64,000 nucleotides of DNA from an uncultured Alphaproteobacteria bacterium (GTDB lineage Bacteria > Pseudomonadota > Alphaproteobacteria > Rhizobiales > Xanthobacteraceae), in contig CAWDZJ010000022.1 in the NCBI GenBank assembly GCA_963806815.1, forward strand, positions 190,700 through 254,699. Reading direction: 5' to 3'. The notes beneath the pieces were generated by a model. The model saw nothing but the letters and a program-made list of their open reading frames with translations, did not search any database and was not told the DNA's origin. A program made the translations under genes and the position numbers. Below are positions 9,743 through 22,778 of the stretch, one piece after another (positions within the stretch are counted from its first letter, which is position 1; every line of letters starts with the position of its first letter).

Positions 9743-10879
9743 ATGACCACCGCCGCCCGCATCCGCCGTCTGACCTTGACGAATTTTCGCAGCTACCGCG
9801 CCACGCAGATCGCGATGTCGACGGGGCCGGTGGTGCTGGTCGGCCCGAACGGCGCCGGCAAGACCAATCTCCTGGAAGCGCTGTCGCTGCTGGCACCGGG
9901 TCGCGGTCTGCGCCGGGCGACGGTTGATGAATTCGCCTTTTCCGAAAGCGACGGCTCCTGGGCCGTCTCGGTCGAGGTCGAGGGCGCGCTCGGCCTCGCC
10001 ACCCTCGGCACCGGCATTGAACCGCCGGCCGACGACGCGGCACCCGGCCAGCGCAAATGCCGGATCGATCGCGAGCCGGTCGGATCGGCCAGCGCCTTTT
10101 CCGATCACGTGCGGGTGATATGGATGGTGCCGTCCATGGACGGTCTGTTCAACGGTCCGGCGTCGGAACGCCGGCGCTTTCTGGATCGCCTGGTGCTCGC
10201 GGTCGATGCCGAGCATGCCAGCCGTGTCAATGCGCTGGAGCGTTCGCTGCGAGCCCGCAACCGCCTTCTGGAAGACCCGCGGCCGGATCCGCAATGGCTC
10301 GACGCCGCCGAGCACGAAACCGCCGAACTTGCGGTCGCCATCGCGGCCATGCGGGCGGAGACGGTGCGCCGGCTCTCCGCGGCGCTGGACGAGCGTCGCG
10401 ACGCGCCGTTTCCGAGCGCGGAGATCGCGCTGGTCGGCTGGATGGAACAATTGGTCGGACAGCATGCTGCCGTCGATATCGAGGACCGCTACCGCGCGAT
10501 ACTCCGCGACAACCGCGCCCGCGATGCCGCGGCCGGCCGCACGCTCGACGGCCCGCATCTGTCTGACCTGGCGGTGACCTTCGCACCGAAGGGCATTGTG
10601 GCGGCCGATGCCTCGACCGGCGAACAGAAGGCGTTGTTGATCGGGCTGATGCTGGCGCATGCCGGGCTGATCGCCGGCATGTCCGGCTGGGCGCCGGTCA
10701 TGTTGCTGGACGAGGTGGTCGCCCACCTCGATCCGGGCCGGCGTGCCGCGCTGTTTTCCGAACTGAACGCGCTCGGCGCGCAGGTCTGGATGACCGGCGC
10801 CGATCCGGCGGCCTTCGCCGAAATCGAGGCCCATGCGGAAGTGTTTGCAGTCTCTCCCGGGCGGGTCGAGCCGCGGTAA
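9743..10879 (+). CDS. recF: DNA replication/repair protein RecF
   Basis: N-terminal LTLTNFRSY and Walker A GPNGAGKTNLLEA, with the signature region SGEQKALL-like STGEQKALLIGL and MLLDEV. Standard dnaN-recF-gyrB order. Confidence 0.93.
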   Translation: MTTAARIRRLTLTNFRSYRATQIAMSTGPVVLVGPNGAGKTNLLEALSLLAPGRGLRRATVDEFAFSESDGSWAVSVEVEGALGLATLGTGIEPPADDAAPGQRKCRIDREPVGSASAFSDHVRVIWMVPSMDGLFNGPASERRRFLDRLVLAVDAEHASRVNALERSLRARNRLLEDPRPDPQWLDAAEHETAELAVAIAAMRAETVRRLSAALDERRDAPFPSAEIALVGWMEQLVGQHAAVDIEDRYRAILRDNRARDAAAGRTLDGPHLSDLAVTFAPKGIVAADASTGEQKALLIGLMLAHAGLIAGMSGWAPVMLLDEVVAHLDPGRRAALFSELNALGAQVWMTGADPAAFAEIEAHAEVFAVSPGRVEPR

Positions 10880-11018
10880 AATCTCACCGAAAAATACCGG
10901 GTCGGCGGCAGACATTGCAGCGCCAGGCAAGTCGCTTTCAGGCCGCGATTCGGGCCCACGAAGGGGCCTGAATTGGAGCGCAAAATTGCCCCGGTTGAGG
11001 CTTGAAATACCAAATTAA

Positions 11019-13574
<2,556 letters not shown>

Positions 13575-13793
13575 CCCCGGATACCTGACGTGCTGGTCGC
13601 CAGATCCGCCGCAATCGTGCCGCGGATTCGCCCTGGTGTTTGGCAGCATTCCAATATAAGTCGTGATTCTGCGGCATAAATCACACACATCCCCGTCTTT
13701 GCAGGCCTTTGTCGGACTTGTTGCGTTGCACTGGCGCGATGGATGTTTATTCTGCCTGTTGATGACAGGTCCGACTCCTGCACGTCGGCATTT

Positions 13794-13835
13794 TGGGGAC
13801 CGACTGGGGACTGACTGGGGATCTTGGGGATCGAG
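13794..13835. repeat. Four phased TGGGGA(C/T) repeats at the 5' end of the first desaturase gene
   Basis: TGGGGACCGAC TGGGGACTGAC TGGGGATCT TGGGGATCGAGG. A related GACCGATTGGGGGAATC lies upstream of the paralogue at 20506..20527. Confidence 0.7.
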
Positions 13836-14942
13836 GATTTGACGCCAGCAACGCAGATCGTGCCGCCGGACAAGATCGGCCACGCGGAATATGTGCGCAA
13901 GTTGCGGGAAGAACTGCCGCCGGCGGCATTTCGCCCGGACCCCTACGCCTATGTTCCGATCGTGATCAATCTCGCGATCGTGCTCGGTGGCTGGGTTGCC
14001 ATTCACTACACCAGGTCGCCGTATTGGCCGTGGATCGGTCTGGTGATCGGCAACAGCATGGCAGCGATCGCATTCTATGCCCACGACGTTTCTCATCGCA
14101 GCGTCACCACCAATCGCTATCTGCTCTATCCGACCGAAGTCGTGTTGTGGGGCATCATGTTCCTGCCGGCGACGCTGTGGCGGCGGCTGCATGCCACGCA
14201 TCACGCTCACACCAATGCCGAGAAGGACCCCGATCGGCGCTTCCTGGCTTCGGAACTGACGACCGCCGGCACGGTGACGGCGGCGACGATGTTTCCGAAC
14301 CGCTTCCTGCGCTACGGTTTCACCTATCTGCTCTATTGGGTGGTGTTCCCAATACGCCATGGCATCGTGGCGTTGTTCTATCCGGACAAGGAGCACCCGT
14401 CCTACGTAACCGGCAAGCCGCGCTACTCGCTTCGCGACAAGATCCATATTGTCGGCGAATTCGTTTTTATAGTCGCGCTGCAGGCGTTCCTGGTGGTGTA
14501 TCTGCGTGGCGGATATTTTGTGGGCGCCATCGTTCCGGTCGTCATCACGTCCGCCGTCGTGTCCTGGTATTTCTTCACCAACCATGGCCTGAAGCCGGTC
14601 GATGACGGTGACGACATTTTGGCCGCGACCACTACAGTGACGGTGCCGGAGGTCTGCAACAAGCTGCATTCCAACTTCTCGTATCACACCGAACATCATT
14701 TGTTCCCGAACATGAATCCGAAATACTACCCGGCGGTCAGTGATCTGTTCCGGAAATACTATCCGGATCGCTATCATTGCATCCCCATTGTCGAGGCGTG
14801 GTCGCAGCTTTGGCGCAATGCCATACCGACCCCCAGACGTGGCGATCCGTTGGAGCCAGCCGCGGCGGAAACGCGGCGCACCGGCACGGATGCCGCGCCT
14901 GCCGGTGAGCGCCCGAACGGCGTGCCGGTCACCATCCAGTAA
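13824..14942 (+). CDS. Membrane fatty-acid desaturase family protein (paralogue 1)
   Basis: Three histidine boxes HDVSHRS, HATHHAHTN and HTEHHLFPNM plus hydrophobic helices. The start is uncertain; the ORF opens with TTG. Confidence 0.85.
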   Translation: MGIEDLTPATQIVPPDKIGHAEYVRKLREELPPAAFRPDPYAYVPIVINLAIVLGGWVAIHYTRSPYWPWIGLVIGNSMAAIAFYAHDVSHRSVTTNRYLLYPTEVVLWGIMFLPATLWRRLHATHHAHTNAEKDPDRRFLASELTTAGTVTAATMFPNRFLRYGFTYLLYWVVFPIRHGIVALFYPDKEHPSYVTGKPRYSLRDKIHIVGEFVFIVALQAFLVVYLRGGYFVGAIVPVVITSAVVSWYFFTNHGLKPVDDGDDILAATTTVTVPEVCNKLHSNFSYHTEHHLFPNMNPKYYPAVSDLFRKYYPDRYHCIPIVEAWSQLWRNAIPTPRRGDPLEPAAAETRRTGTDAAPAGERPNGVPVTIQ

Positions 14943-15274
14943 TTTCAGAAACCGTCCGCACAACGGTCCGCGCGCTATGCGCGGGCGCTGGCGTTGCATG
15001 CGACGTGGCGCGTCGGCGTTTGCGACAAGCGAAGGCGTGATGTTCGCGTTCGGCGTTGGGCGGGTCTCGCTGACCGCGTGGGCTGCAATCTCAGTATTTC
15101 GGATGATGTACCGGATAATGGACCTTGCGACTTACAAAAACCCATCAAACGCCGCAATAAAATATCGTTTGGATATACTAAGCGTCCGTGACATTGCGAC
15201 GCAGCCAAATCGTTGACACCTTTGCCCATGCAGAAGATGATGCCACTACAAGAATATTTGCATGGGAGGACTCT

Positions 15275-16357
15275 ATGTTTCGAAAAATTGGACTGGCCCG
15301 TCCACTGGCTGCCGCGCTGATCTTGGCGGCCGCCACCAGCGCGGCCAGTGCGGAAAAGGTCATCAAGCTGACCGCCATCGACGCCTATCCGCCGAAGTCT
15401 TTGTGGGTCAAAGTCCTGATCGACTATTACCTTCCGGAAGTGAACCGGCGTCTGGCCAAGACCGGCAATTACAAGATCGACTGGCAGCAATCCTTCAGCG
15501 GACAGGTTGCCAAGCCGCGCGGCGTCATGGACGCCATCAAACAGCGACTCGGCGACATCGGTGTCGTCACCACCGTGTTTCATTCCTCCAAGCTTCCGCT
15601 GAACAATCTGCCCTATTACACACCATTCAGCAGCGCGAATCCGGTTTTGGTGTCGCGCGTCATGGATGAACTGGCCGAGAAGTTCCCAGCTTTCAAGAAG
15701 CAGTTCGATGATCAGAATCAGGTGCTGCTGACCAATTATTCGTCGATCGACAATTACGGCATCTTCACCGCCAAGCCGCTCAAGGATGGCATGAACAGCT
15801 TGAAGGGCCTGAAGATCAACGCCGCCGGTCCCAACGCGCTTTATCTCAAGCCGCTCGGCGCCGTGGGTGTGCTCGGCAGCCTTGTAACCTACTACAATCA
15901 GGTCAAGACCGGCGTCACCGATGGCGTCGTGGTGTGGCCGGAGGCGATGATCACGTTCAAGATCGCCGAGGTCGCGCCGCATTATTTCAAGACCGACTTC
16001 GGAACCGGCGTCAACAAGTCGCTCACCATCAACAAGCAGGTGTGGGAAGGTCTGCCGGACGAGGTCAAGAAGGTCCTCAAGGACGTCGCCGTCGAGTATC
16101 GCGACAAGGTCGCCCAGGCCGCGCTTGATAAGGCCAACGACTCGATCAAGAAGTTCAAGGCGATGGGCGGCACGATCACCCAATTGTCTGACGCCGACAA
16201 GAAGAAGTGGGCCGACAGTATGCCCAATATCGCGCAGAATCTGGCCGCTCAGGTCGAGAAGACCAAGGGTTATCCGGCCAAGGAAATCCTTGCCGCCTAT
16301 ATGGAGGCGCTGCGCAAGGCCGGCGAAAAGCCGGTGCGGAATTGGGACAAGAACTGA
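15275..16357 (+). CDS. TRAP transporter substrate-binding protein (DctP family)
   Basis: Signal peptide MFRKIGLARPLAAALILAAATSAASA after RBS GGGAGGA. DctP-like length, followed by Q and M permease genes. Confidence 0.9.
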   Translation: MFRKIGLARPLAAALILAAATSAASAEKVIKLTAIDAYPPKSLWVKVLIDYYLPEVNRRLAKTGNYKIDWQQSFSGQVAKPRGVMDAIKQRLGDIGVVTTVFHSSKLPLNNLPYYTPFSSANPVLVSRVMDELAEKFPAFKKQFDDQNQVLLTNYSSIDNYGIFTAKPLKDGMNSLKGLKINAAGPNALYLKPLGAVGVLGSLVTYYNQVKTGVTDGVVVWPEAMITFKIAEVAPHYFKTDFGTGVNKSLTINKQVWEGLPDEVKKVLKDVAVEYRDKVAQAALDKANDSIKKFKAMGGTITQLSDADKKKWADSMPNIAQNLAAQVEKTKGYPAKEILAAYMEALRKAGEKPVRNWDKN

Positions 16358-16461
16358 CTTGGCTGTCATGATCTCCGCGGTCGCGGCGCAACGCCGCGAT
16401 CGCGTTTTTCTGGCATTGTTTTTCCAGCCATGTATCCGATCGTCCGTCCGGAGATACCCGT

Positions 16462-16998
16462 GTGAGCGCTGAACCTGAAACTCGTCCCTCGGCGAGCGTG
16501 AAGCTTCTTGACCGCGCGGTGATCATCCTCAATGCGATCGGCTCGCTGTGGGTGCTGTTTCTCGTTCTGGTGATATGCCTGGATTCGTTCGGGAGAAGTC
16601 TGTTTGACCGTCCGTTTGACGGCGTCAATGAAGTCGTCGCGGTTTCGATGGCGTTCATCGTTTTCTGCCAATTGCCCGACACCGTGCGGCTCGGTCGGCT
16701 GACACGCTCAGACACGTTCCTGCCCCGCATGCAGGCCAGCCACGTCCTCGGCGCCCGTTTGGCCGTGATCGGCTTTGACGTTCTCGGCGCCATCGTGATG
16801 ATCACCATCCTAGTCGGCACCTATCCGCGGCTGATCGAGTCGATCGAGCGCGGCTATTATATCGGCGAGCAGGGCATCTTCACCTTTCCGGACTGGCCGA
16901 TGAAAGCCATGGTCGTGCTCGGCAGCTTTGCCGCGCTCCTGTGTTTCATCGTCCGCGCCGTGCTGCATTGGCGCGCCTCGCGCCCTAATCGAGCCTGA
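16462..16998 (+). CDS. TRAP transporter small permease (DctQ family)
   Basis: 178 aa with four hydrophobic helices and a GTG start. Located between the DctP-like and DctM-like genes. Confidence 0.85.
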   Translation: MSAEPETRPSASVKLLDRAVIILNAIGSLWVLFLVLVICLDSFGRSLFDRPFDGVNEVVAVSMAFIVFCQLPDTVRLGRLTRSDTFLPRMQASHVLGARLAVIGFDVLGAIVMITILVGTYPRLIESIERGYYIGEQGIFTFPDWPMKAMVVLGSFAALLCFIVRAVLHWRASRPNRA

Positions 16999-17006
16999 GG
17001 CACGCC

Positions 17007-18323
17007 ATGGAACCCGTTCTGATTGGTGCCGTTTCGCTCGTCCTCATCGTCGTGCTGATCTACAGCGGCAGCTATGTCGCCATCACGTTGAGCATCGTGT
17101 CCTTTGTCGGCGTGTTGTTCATCAAGCAGGACATCTCCATCGCCTTGGCCTTGATGTCGCTCTCGGTCACCGAGGGAATCAAGAACTACGACTACGCCAG
17201 CATTCCGACGTTTGTCATGATGGCGATGATCGTCGGCAAGAGCGGGTTCGGCGCCGACATCTACGAAGTCGCCAATCAATTATTTCGGCGCCTGCGTGGC
17301 GGGCTGGGTATTGCCACGGTCGCGGCCAACGCCTGTTTTGCCGCGGTCACCGGTTCATCGATTGCGGCCGCCTCGGTGTTTACCCGCGTATCGGTGCCGG
17401 AGATGATCCGCTTCGACTACAACAAGCGGTTTGCCGTCGGCGTCGTTGCCGGATCGTCGGTGCTCGGCATGATCATCCCCCCGAGCGTGATGATGATCAT
17501 CTACGCCTTCGTCGCCGAGCAATCGGTCGGCGAAATGTTCCTTGCCGGCGTGGTTCCGGGGCTGCTGCTGTCCGGCGCTTTTATCGCGGCCATCGTATTC
17601 ATGACGGTGTTCACGCCGGGCTTTATCGGCAAGGGGGCGCTGGTCACTCCCGATGCCGACGGCGAATTGTTGTCCATTGGCGAAATGCTGATGAAGATCG
17701 CGCCGATCGTCATCCTGATCGTCATAGTGCTTGGCGGCATCTATTCCGGCTTTTTTACCGCCGCCGAGGCGGGCGCGACCGGTGCGTTGTTCGCCTATAT
17801 CCTGTCGCTGCTGCGCGGCAAGATCGGCTGGAGCAGTTTTCGGGAAATTCTGGTCGATACCGGCCACATTACTGCGAACATTCTGTTCCTGATCATCGCG
17901 GCTTCGATGTACAGCCGCATGCTCGGGGTCGCCGGCCTGCCGTTTTTGCTCAGCCAGTGGCTTGATCACCTTGAAGTCGGCTTCGGGCTGCTGATGGTGC
18001 TGTACGTCATCCTGCTGTTGTTCCTTGGCACGATCATCGATACTGGTTCGATTATTCTGGTCTGCGTGCCGCTGTTCCTGCAGGCGATCGAGAATATGGG
18101 CCTCAGCCTGGTGTGGTTCGGAGTCATCACCGTGATCGGCGCCGAGATCGGACTGTTGACACCGCCGTTTGGGCTTTCGTGTTTCGTCATCAAGACCGCC
18201 GTCGCGCGCGAAGACATTACGCTCAACGACATCTTCCTCGGCGCGTTTCCATTCGCCGTGGTGATGCTGGCGGTGCTGATCGTATTGATCGTGTTTCCGC
18301 AACTGAGCCTGGTGCTTGTCTAG
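17007..18323 (+). CDS. TRAP transporter large permease (DctM family)
   Basis: 438-aa polytopic membrane protein. Its length and position complete a P-Q-M TRAP operon. Confidence 0.92.
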   Translation: MEPVLIGAVSLVLIVVLIYSGSYVAITLSIVSFVGVLFIKQDISIALALMSLSVTEGIKNYDYASIPTFVMMAMIVGKSGFGADIYEVANQLFRRLRGGLGIATVAANACFAAVTGSSIAAASVFTRVSVPEMIRFDYNKRFAVGVVAGSSVLGMIIPPSVMMIIYAFVAEQSVGEMFLAGVVPGLLLSGAFIAAIVFMTVFTPGFIGKGALVTPDADGELLSIGEMLMKIAPIVILIVIVLGGIYSGFFTAAEAGATGALFAYILSLLRGKIGWSSFREILVDTGHITANILFLIIAASMYSRMLGVAGLPFLLSQWLDHLEVGFGLLMVLYVILLLFLGTIIDTGSIILVCVPLFLQAIENMGLSLVWFGVITVIGAEIGLLTPPFGLSCFVIKTAVAREDITLNDIFLGAFPFAVVMLAVLIVLIVFPQLSLVLV

Positions 18324-18454
18324 CCCCGGCTGGCCGAACCGGCAGCGCGTAAACCTCCAGCGCATGGCAGATCAGGGTGATCCTGGGGAGCGGGCGCCAT
18401 CTTGCCCGGCTATAGGATAGGTCAGTACCAGCCCTGCCGCAGACGAGCCATCCC

Positions 18455-19660
18455 GTGCCAACCAAAACCGACTGGAGAGTAGTTTTCGCCCTGGTCATGG
18501 CCGGCGTGGTGGGGGCGTGCCAGGTCGGCAAGGCCGCGATCGCCGTTCCGCTGCTGCGAGAGGATCTCGGGCTCAGCCTGGTGGCGGCGTCCTGGGTCGT
18601 CGGAACCTATGCGACGCTGGGCGCGCTCGCCGGCCTTTCGGCCGGGATCGCGGTCTCATACGTCGGCGCACGGACTGCGGCGGTCGGCGGATTATTGACG
18701 ATCGCGATCGGCAGCGCGCTTGGCGCGGTTGCACCGGGTGGGGCGGTGCTGCTGCTCTCCCGCATGGTGGAGGGCTGCGGATTTCTGGGCGTGGTCATCG
18801 CGATCCCCACGCTGTTGCGCGGTATCTCGGTTGGGCGCGACCGCGATCTCGCAATGGTGTTCTGGTCGGCGTACATGCCGGCGGGCACCGCGCTGATGAT
18901 GGTGGCGGGGCCGTTTCTGACCTTCGGCGGCTGGCGCGGATTGTGGATGGCCAACGCCGTGCTCGCGGGCTGCTATGCGGCCGTGGTGTGGTGGTTGATG
19001 CCGGCGCAATCGCGCGGCGCAACCCAATCGGCTGTCGGTCTGCGCGCCATTATTTTCAGCGCGTTCCAAAGTTCAGGCCCGCTGCTGCTCGCATTCGGCT
19101 TTGGCATCTACACCTTCCAGTATTTCGCACTGACCGGTCTGCTGCCAACCTTGCTGGTTGAGCGCATGGGTTTCAGTATTGGTCAGGCCGGCACCATCGC
19201 TGCCGTGACCGTACTTGCGAACATGTTCGGTAATCTTGCGGCGGGCCTGTTGTTGCGCCGGGGCGTGCCGTTGTGGATCATCATGTTTGCGGCATTTGCC
19301 TTTCTCGGGGTGGCCGCCTTCGGCATTTTCAATGACGCCTATCCCGTGCTGCTGGTGACGCTTTTGGCGTCGGCCAGCCTCGCGATCACGGGACTGATTC
19401 CGGCCTCGATTTTCGCGGCGTCGCCGCGGCTGGCAACGGCGCCGCACTTGCTGGCTGTTGCGCTAGGTTTGATTGTTCAGGGTAGCAATATCGGCCAGTT
19501 GCTCGGCCCGGCCGCTCTGGGGATGTGGGCCGAGAATTACGGCTGGTCGAGTGCCCCTGTATTGTTCGGAATTGTCGCTCTCAGCGGTATTGGGGTTGCA
19601 ATGCTGCTGCGCCGGCTGATGCCAGTCAACCAGATGAATGGGCCACCATCAGCGAAATGA
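18455..19660 (+). CDS. MFS transporter
   Basis: 401 aa with about 12 predicted helices and glycine/alanine-rich MFS-like repeats. Substrate unknown. Confidence 0.85.
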   Translation: MPTKTDWRVVFALVMAGVVGACQVGKAAIAVPLLREDLGLSLVAASWVVGTYATLGALAGLSAGIAVSYVGARTAAVGGLLTIAIGSALGAVAPGGAVLLLSRMVEGCGFLGVVIAIPTLLRGISVGRDRDLAMVFWSAYMPAGTALMMVAGPFLTFGGWRGLWMANAVLAGCYAAVVWWLMPAQSRGATQSAVGLRAIIFSAFQSSGPLLLAFGFGIYTFQYFALTGLLPTLLVERMGFSIGQAGTIAAVTVLANMFGNLAAGLLLRRGVPLWIIMFAAFAFLGVAAFGIFNDAYPVLLVTLLASASLAITGLIPASIFAASPRLATAPHLLAVALGLIVQGSNIGQLLGPAALGMWAENYGWSSAPVLFGIVALSGIGVAMLLRRLMPVNQMNGPPSAK

Positions 19661-19692
19661 ACGGGGGAAAATGAACGGGTGAAATACCAATC

Positions 19693-19866
19693 CTAAAATA
19701 ACGCTTCGCCGGCCATCAATCCCAAAACCAGCAAAACGAGGAATACCACTAAAAACAGTCCAAATAATATCTTGGAGATAGTTGCCGCGCCGGAGGCGAT
19801 GTTCGTAAATCCGAGCGCGCCCGTGCCGATAGCAATGATCAGAAAAATGAATGCCCATTTCAGCAT
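19693..19866 (-). CDS. DUF1328/UPF0391 small membrane protein
   Basis: 57 aa [50 protein letters not shown]..., the characteristic UPF0391 sequence. Confidence 0.75.
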   Translation of the reverse strand: MLKWAFIFLIIAIGTGALGFTNIASGAATISKILFGLFLVVFLVLLVLGLMAGEALF

Positions 19867-20103
19867 TTTTGGTCCGCCAAACTCCATTAGGTCCGCGGTC
19901 TTCAAACGCAGATCAGCGGGTTTGGTTCCGCCACGAACATTTGCTCTCGAGCTTGCTGCAGCAGGATAGTGCCGATGTCGGAATCGGATTGCGAGAGTGC
20001 GAGTGAATGAATCGCGGGGACCATCAACTGTATTGGTCGGAACATGACCTCCAGTGTTGCGTTTTTCATCATGACGAAACAGCGGCAACACGAACAGGAG
20101 TAC

Positions 20104-20253
20104 ATGATGTTTGGACGGTTTCGGAGGCAAATCGGAACCGGGGTCGATTCCCGCCAGGGTTATCTCGATCGCCCCATACTGGTTATTCTGGTGATGAGTT
20201 CGATGCTGGCAGCACTGCTGCTGGGCTTATTGTGGGTCGGCATGTTTGCCTAA
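20104..20253 (+). CDS. Possible 49-aa single-pass membrane protein
   Basis: ATG preceded by AGGAG. C-terminal helix [24 protein letters not shown]. No family recognised. Its stop TAA is the first base triplet of a family A repeat. Confidence 0.35.
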   Translation: MMFGRFRRQIGTGVDSRQGYLDRPILVILVMSSMLAALLLGLLWVGMFA

Positions 20254-20354
20254 AGTATGATCCGGAAAAGTCGCAGACTTTTCCGATAAAGTCGTACGAC
20301 AAACCCAGACATTCAATGGGTCACTGCTATTTGATCAGCCTGAACAACATTTAG
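20251..20354. repeat. Family A two-hairpin module
   Basis: TAAAGTATGATCCGGAAAAGTCGCAGACTTTTCCGATAAAGTCGTACGACAAACCCAGACATTCAATGGGTCACTG...AACATTTAG. Confidence 0.8.
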
Positions 20355-20595
20355 CGCCGGCTGGCTGATTATTGTGCACATGGCCCGCTTTTCGCGGAAT
20401 TGATCCCGCAAGCAGCTTCCGACGGCCCAGTGCTCATTGGGAGCATCGTACGGTGCATTGTCATTCCCGCACATCCGTGCTGATGTCATAGTCGTGTGGG
20501 GCCGGCGTGACCGATTGGGGGAATCGGGCTTTCGCTACGAAGAGTGGCCATGTTTCGAGTAGGGGGCGGCGGGCCTGTGCCCGCGTCTGGCGATC

Positions 20596-21663
20596 ATGAA
20601 TGAGGTGGTGCGAGACGCTCGACTTCTGTCAGGGCAATCAGGCGCTGTCCAAGCCGTTGGCGCGGTTCCCGAGGCGGCCACGACGCATACGGATTATGTC
20701 CGCACCTTGATGCCGTTGCTGCCGCGCGAGGCCTTCGTTCCCAATCCGCGCAAGCTTTACGTCATTGCTTTCCATATCGCGATCGTGGTGATCGGAGTCG
20801 CGGCCTGCCGTTTCATCGACAAGTCCTATTGGCCGCTGCTGTCGATCCCGATCGGAATCAGCATGGGTGCGATGGCGTTTCTCGCCCATGACGTCAGTCA
20901 CCGCAGCGTGGTGCGCGATCGCCGGCTGCTCTATCTGACCGAACTGGCAATCTGGGGCATTCTCTTTATTCCGCCAACGGTGTGGCGGCGCGTCCATGCC
21001 AGCCATCACGTTCACACCAACGGTCCCGACGATCCCGACCGCCGCTTCCTACGGGAGGAACTGACACCCGTGACGACGGCCTATGCCGTGACGTTCTTTC
21101 CCAATCGCTGGCTCAGATACAACATCATCTGTCTCCTGCATTTTATCGCTTACAGTTTCCGTCACACCTTTACGGCGTTCTATTCCGGACGGAACAAGCC
21201 TGACAGCGTCACCGCCAAGCCGGCCTATTCACGCAACGACAAATTCCGCATTGCGTTCGAGATCGGCTATATCGCCGTGCTGCAATTGGCGCTGGCCTGG
21301 CTCGCTGGCAGTGCCACGGCCTATTGCTGGGCGGTACTGATTCCGATTGTTATGATGTCGGCGGCGGTTTCGTTCTATTTCTTCACCAATCACTCGCTCA
21401 ATCCTTTGAACGAGGACGGCGACATTCTGGCCGCGACCACGTCGGTCGTCGTGCCGCGCCCGTTCAACGTCCTGCACTCGAACTTTTCATATCATGCCGA
21501 ACATCACCTGTTCCCGCATATGAATTCCGACTACTATCCGCTGGTCGGCCAGTTGATCGAGCAGAAGTTTCCGGCAAGCTACCAGCGCATTCCGGTGCTC
21601 AGCGCATGGTCGCAGCTCTGGAAGCTCGCGCTCGCAATCACCCGCCGCCGCGAGCCAGGCTAA
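20596..21663 (+). CDS. Membrane fatty-acid desaturase family protein (paralogue 2)
   Basis: Histidine boxes HDVSHRS, HASHHVHTN and HAEHHLFPHM. Collinear with the protein at 13824..14942. Confidence 0.85.
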   Translation: MNEVVRDARLLSGQSGAVQAVGAVPEAATTHTDYVRTLMPLLPREAFVPNPRKLYVIAFHIAIVVIGVAACRFIDKSYWPLLSIPIGISMGAMAFLAHDVSHRSVVRDRRLLYLTELAIWGILFIPPTVWRRVHASHHVHTNGPDDPDRRFLREELTPVTTAYAVTFFPNRWLRYNIICLLHFIAYSFRHTFTAFYSGRNKPDSVTAKPAYSRNDKFRIAFEIGYIAVLQLALAWLAGSATAYCWAVLIPIVMMSAAVSFYFFTNHSLNPLNEDGDILAATTSVVVPRPFNVLHSNFSYHAEHHLFPHMNSDYYPLVGQLIEQKFPASYQRIPVLSAWSQLWKLALAITRRREPG

Positions 21664-21667
21664 ATCG

Positions 21668-22525
21668 CTAATTTCCCGGCAGCACGACGACTTTCGGCTT
21701 TGCCGGCAGGGTCGCTTTCGATACCAGCAAAGAGGGAATATCGGCCATTTCGACGGTCCATTCCTTGCGGACCCGGTCGAGGAAGCGCTCCAGCGTGTAG
21801 GAACTGAAATAGTGCATCGGGATCATCAGCGGCGCCTTCAGCGACTTAAGCACCTCGACCATGCCATCCAGATCGAGCGTATAGCTGCCGTCGACCGGCA
21901 CCAGCACCACGTCGACGCGGCCGATCTCGTTGAGTTGCTGCTGGGTCAAGGTGTGATGCAGGTGACCGAGATGGGCGATGCAGAGGTTTGCCATCTCGAA
22001 GATGAAGATCGAATTGCCGTGACGCTCGGTGCCGCCGGAGAATGAACGAATGTTGGTTGGTACGTTGCGCACATGCACGTCCTGAAAAAACAGGTCGTGC
22101 CGCGCCGGTGAGCCGTCCGGAGTCCAGCCGCGCAGGACGTGCTTGATCGCCGGGTCGGGCAGGTCGGTATAGTGAGAACTGTGGGCGTGGTTCATGGTGA
22201 CGATGTCCGGCACCATCGGCGGCCTGACGTAGTCGTTATAGTCGGTGGCGATCCGCACCAGTTTCGGGCTTTCGATCAGAAAGGTCGAATGGCCGATATA
22301 GGTGATGCGCGCCTGGTCCGCCGCGAGCGCGGCGAGCTGCAGCGATGCCGGAATGACGCGCGGCGTATTCCAGGAAATCAGCCCCGGACAATTCTTCATC
22401 ATCTGCGGCTTGGCGGCCGCGGGCGGTGTTGCCGGCACTTGCGCCTGGGTACGGTCGGTTGCGGCGGCTGCCATCAACGCACCGGCTGCCAGAATCGCAA
22501 ACAGCAAACGAATTCGTCGAGTCAT
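21668..22525 (-). CDS. Exported MBL-fold metallo-hydrolase
   Basis: Signal peptide MTRRIRLLFAILAAGALMAAAATDRTQA. MBL-like blocks ITYIGHSTFLIE and VTMNHAHSSHY. Start at an internal ATG. Confidence 0.8.
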   Translation of the reverse strand: MTRRIRLLFAILAAGALMAAAATDRTQAQVPATPPAAAKPQMMKNCPGLISWNTPRVIPASLQLAALAADQARITYIGHSTFLIESPKLVRIATDYNDYVRPPMVPDIVTMNHAHSSHYTDLPDPAIKHVLRGWTPDGSPARHDLFFQDVHVRNVPTNIRSFSGGTERHGNSIFIFEMANLCIAHLGHLHHTLTQQQLNEIGRVDVVLVPVDGSYTLDLDGMVEVLKSLKAPLMIPMHYFSSYTLERFLDRVRKEWTVEMADIPSLLVSKATLPAKPKVVVLPGN

Positions 22526-22778
22526 GTTTTGACTCCCATCGCGCTCGGGGCGAGCGAGCAAATCGGATCGGACGGCCGCGTCCGGCAATGCGCCCCGTCT
22601 CCTTATCAGGAAATCTGGCATGGTTTCGGCTGACGAGCCACCGCTTCGTCCGCCGCTCAATCCGATGTGATCGGGAAGCGCCGCTGAAGTGTCCAAAAAA
22701 AGAGGCGGCCCGCACGCGCGGACCGCCCCGTCCCCCTGGCAGAAAGCGGCGTTCAAGCCGCCACGTCCGCCCCCAAAC

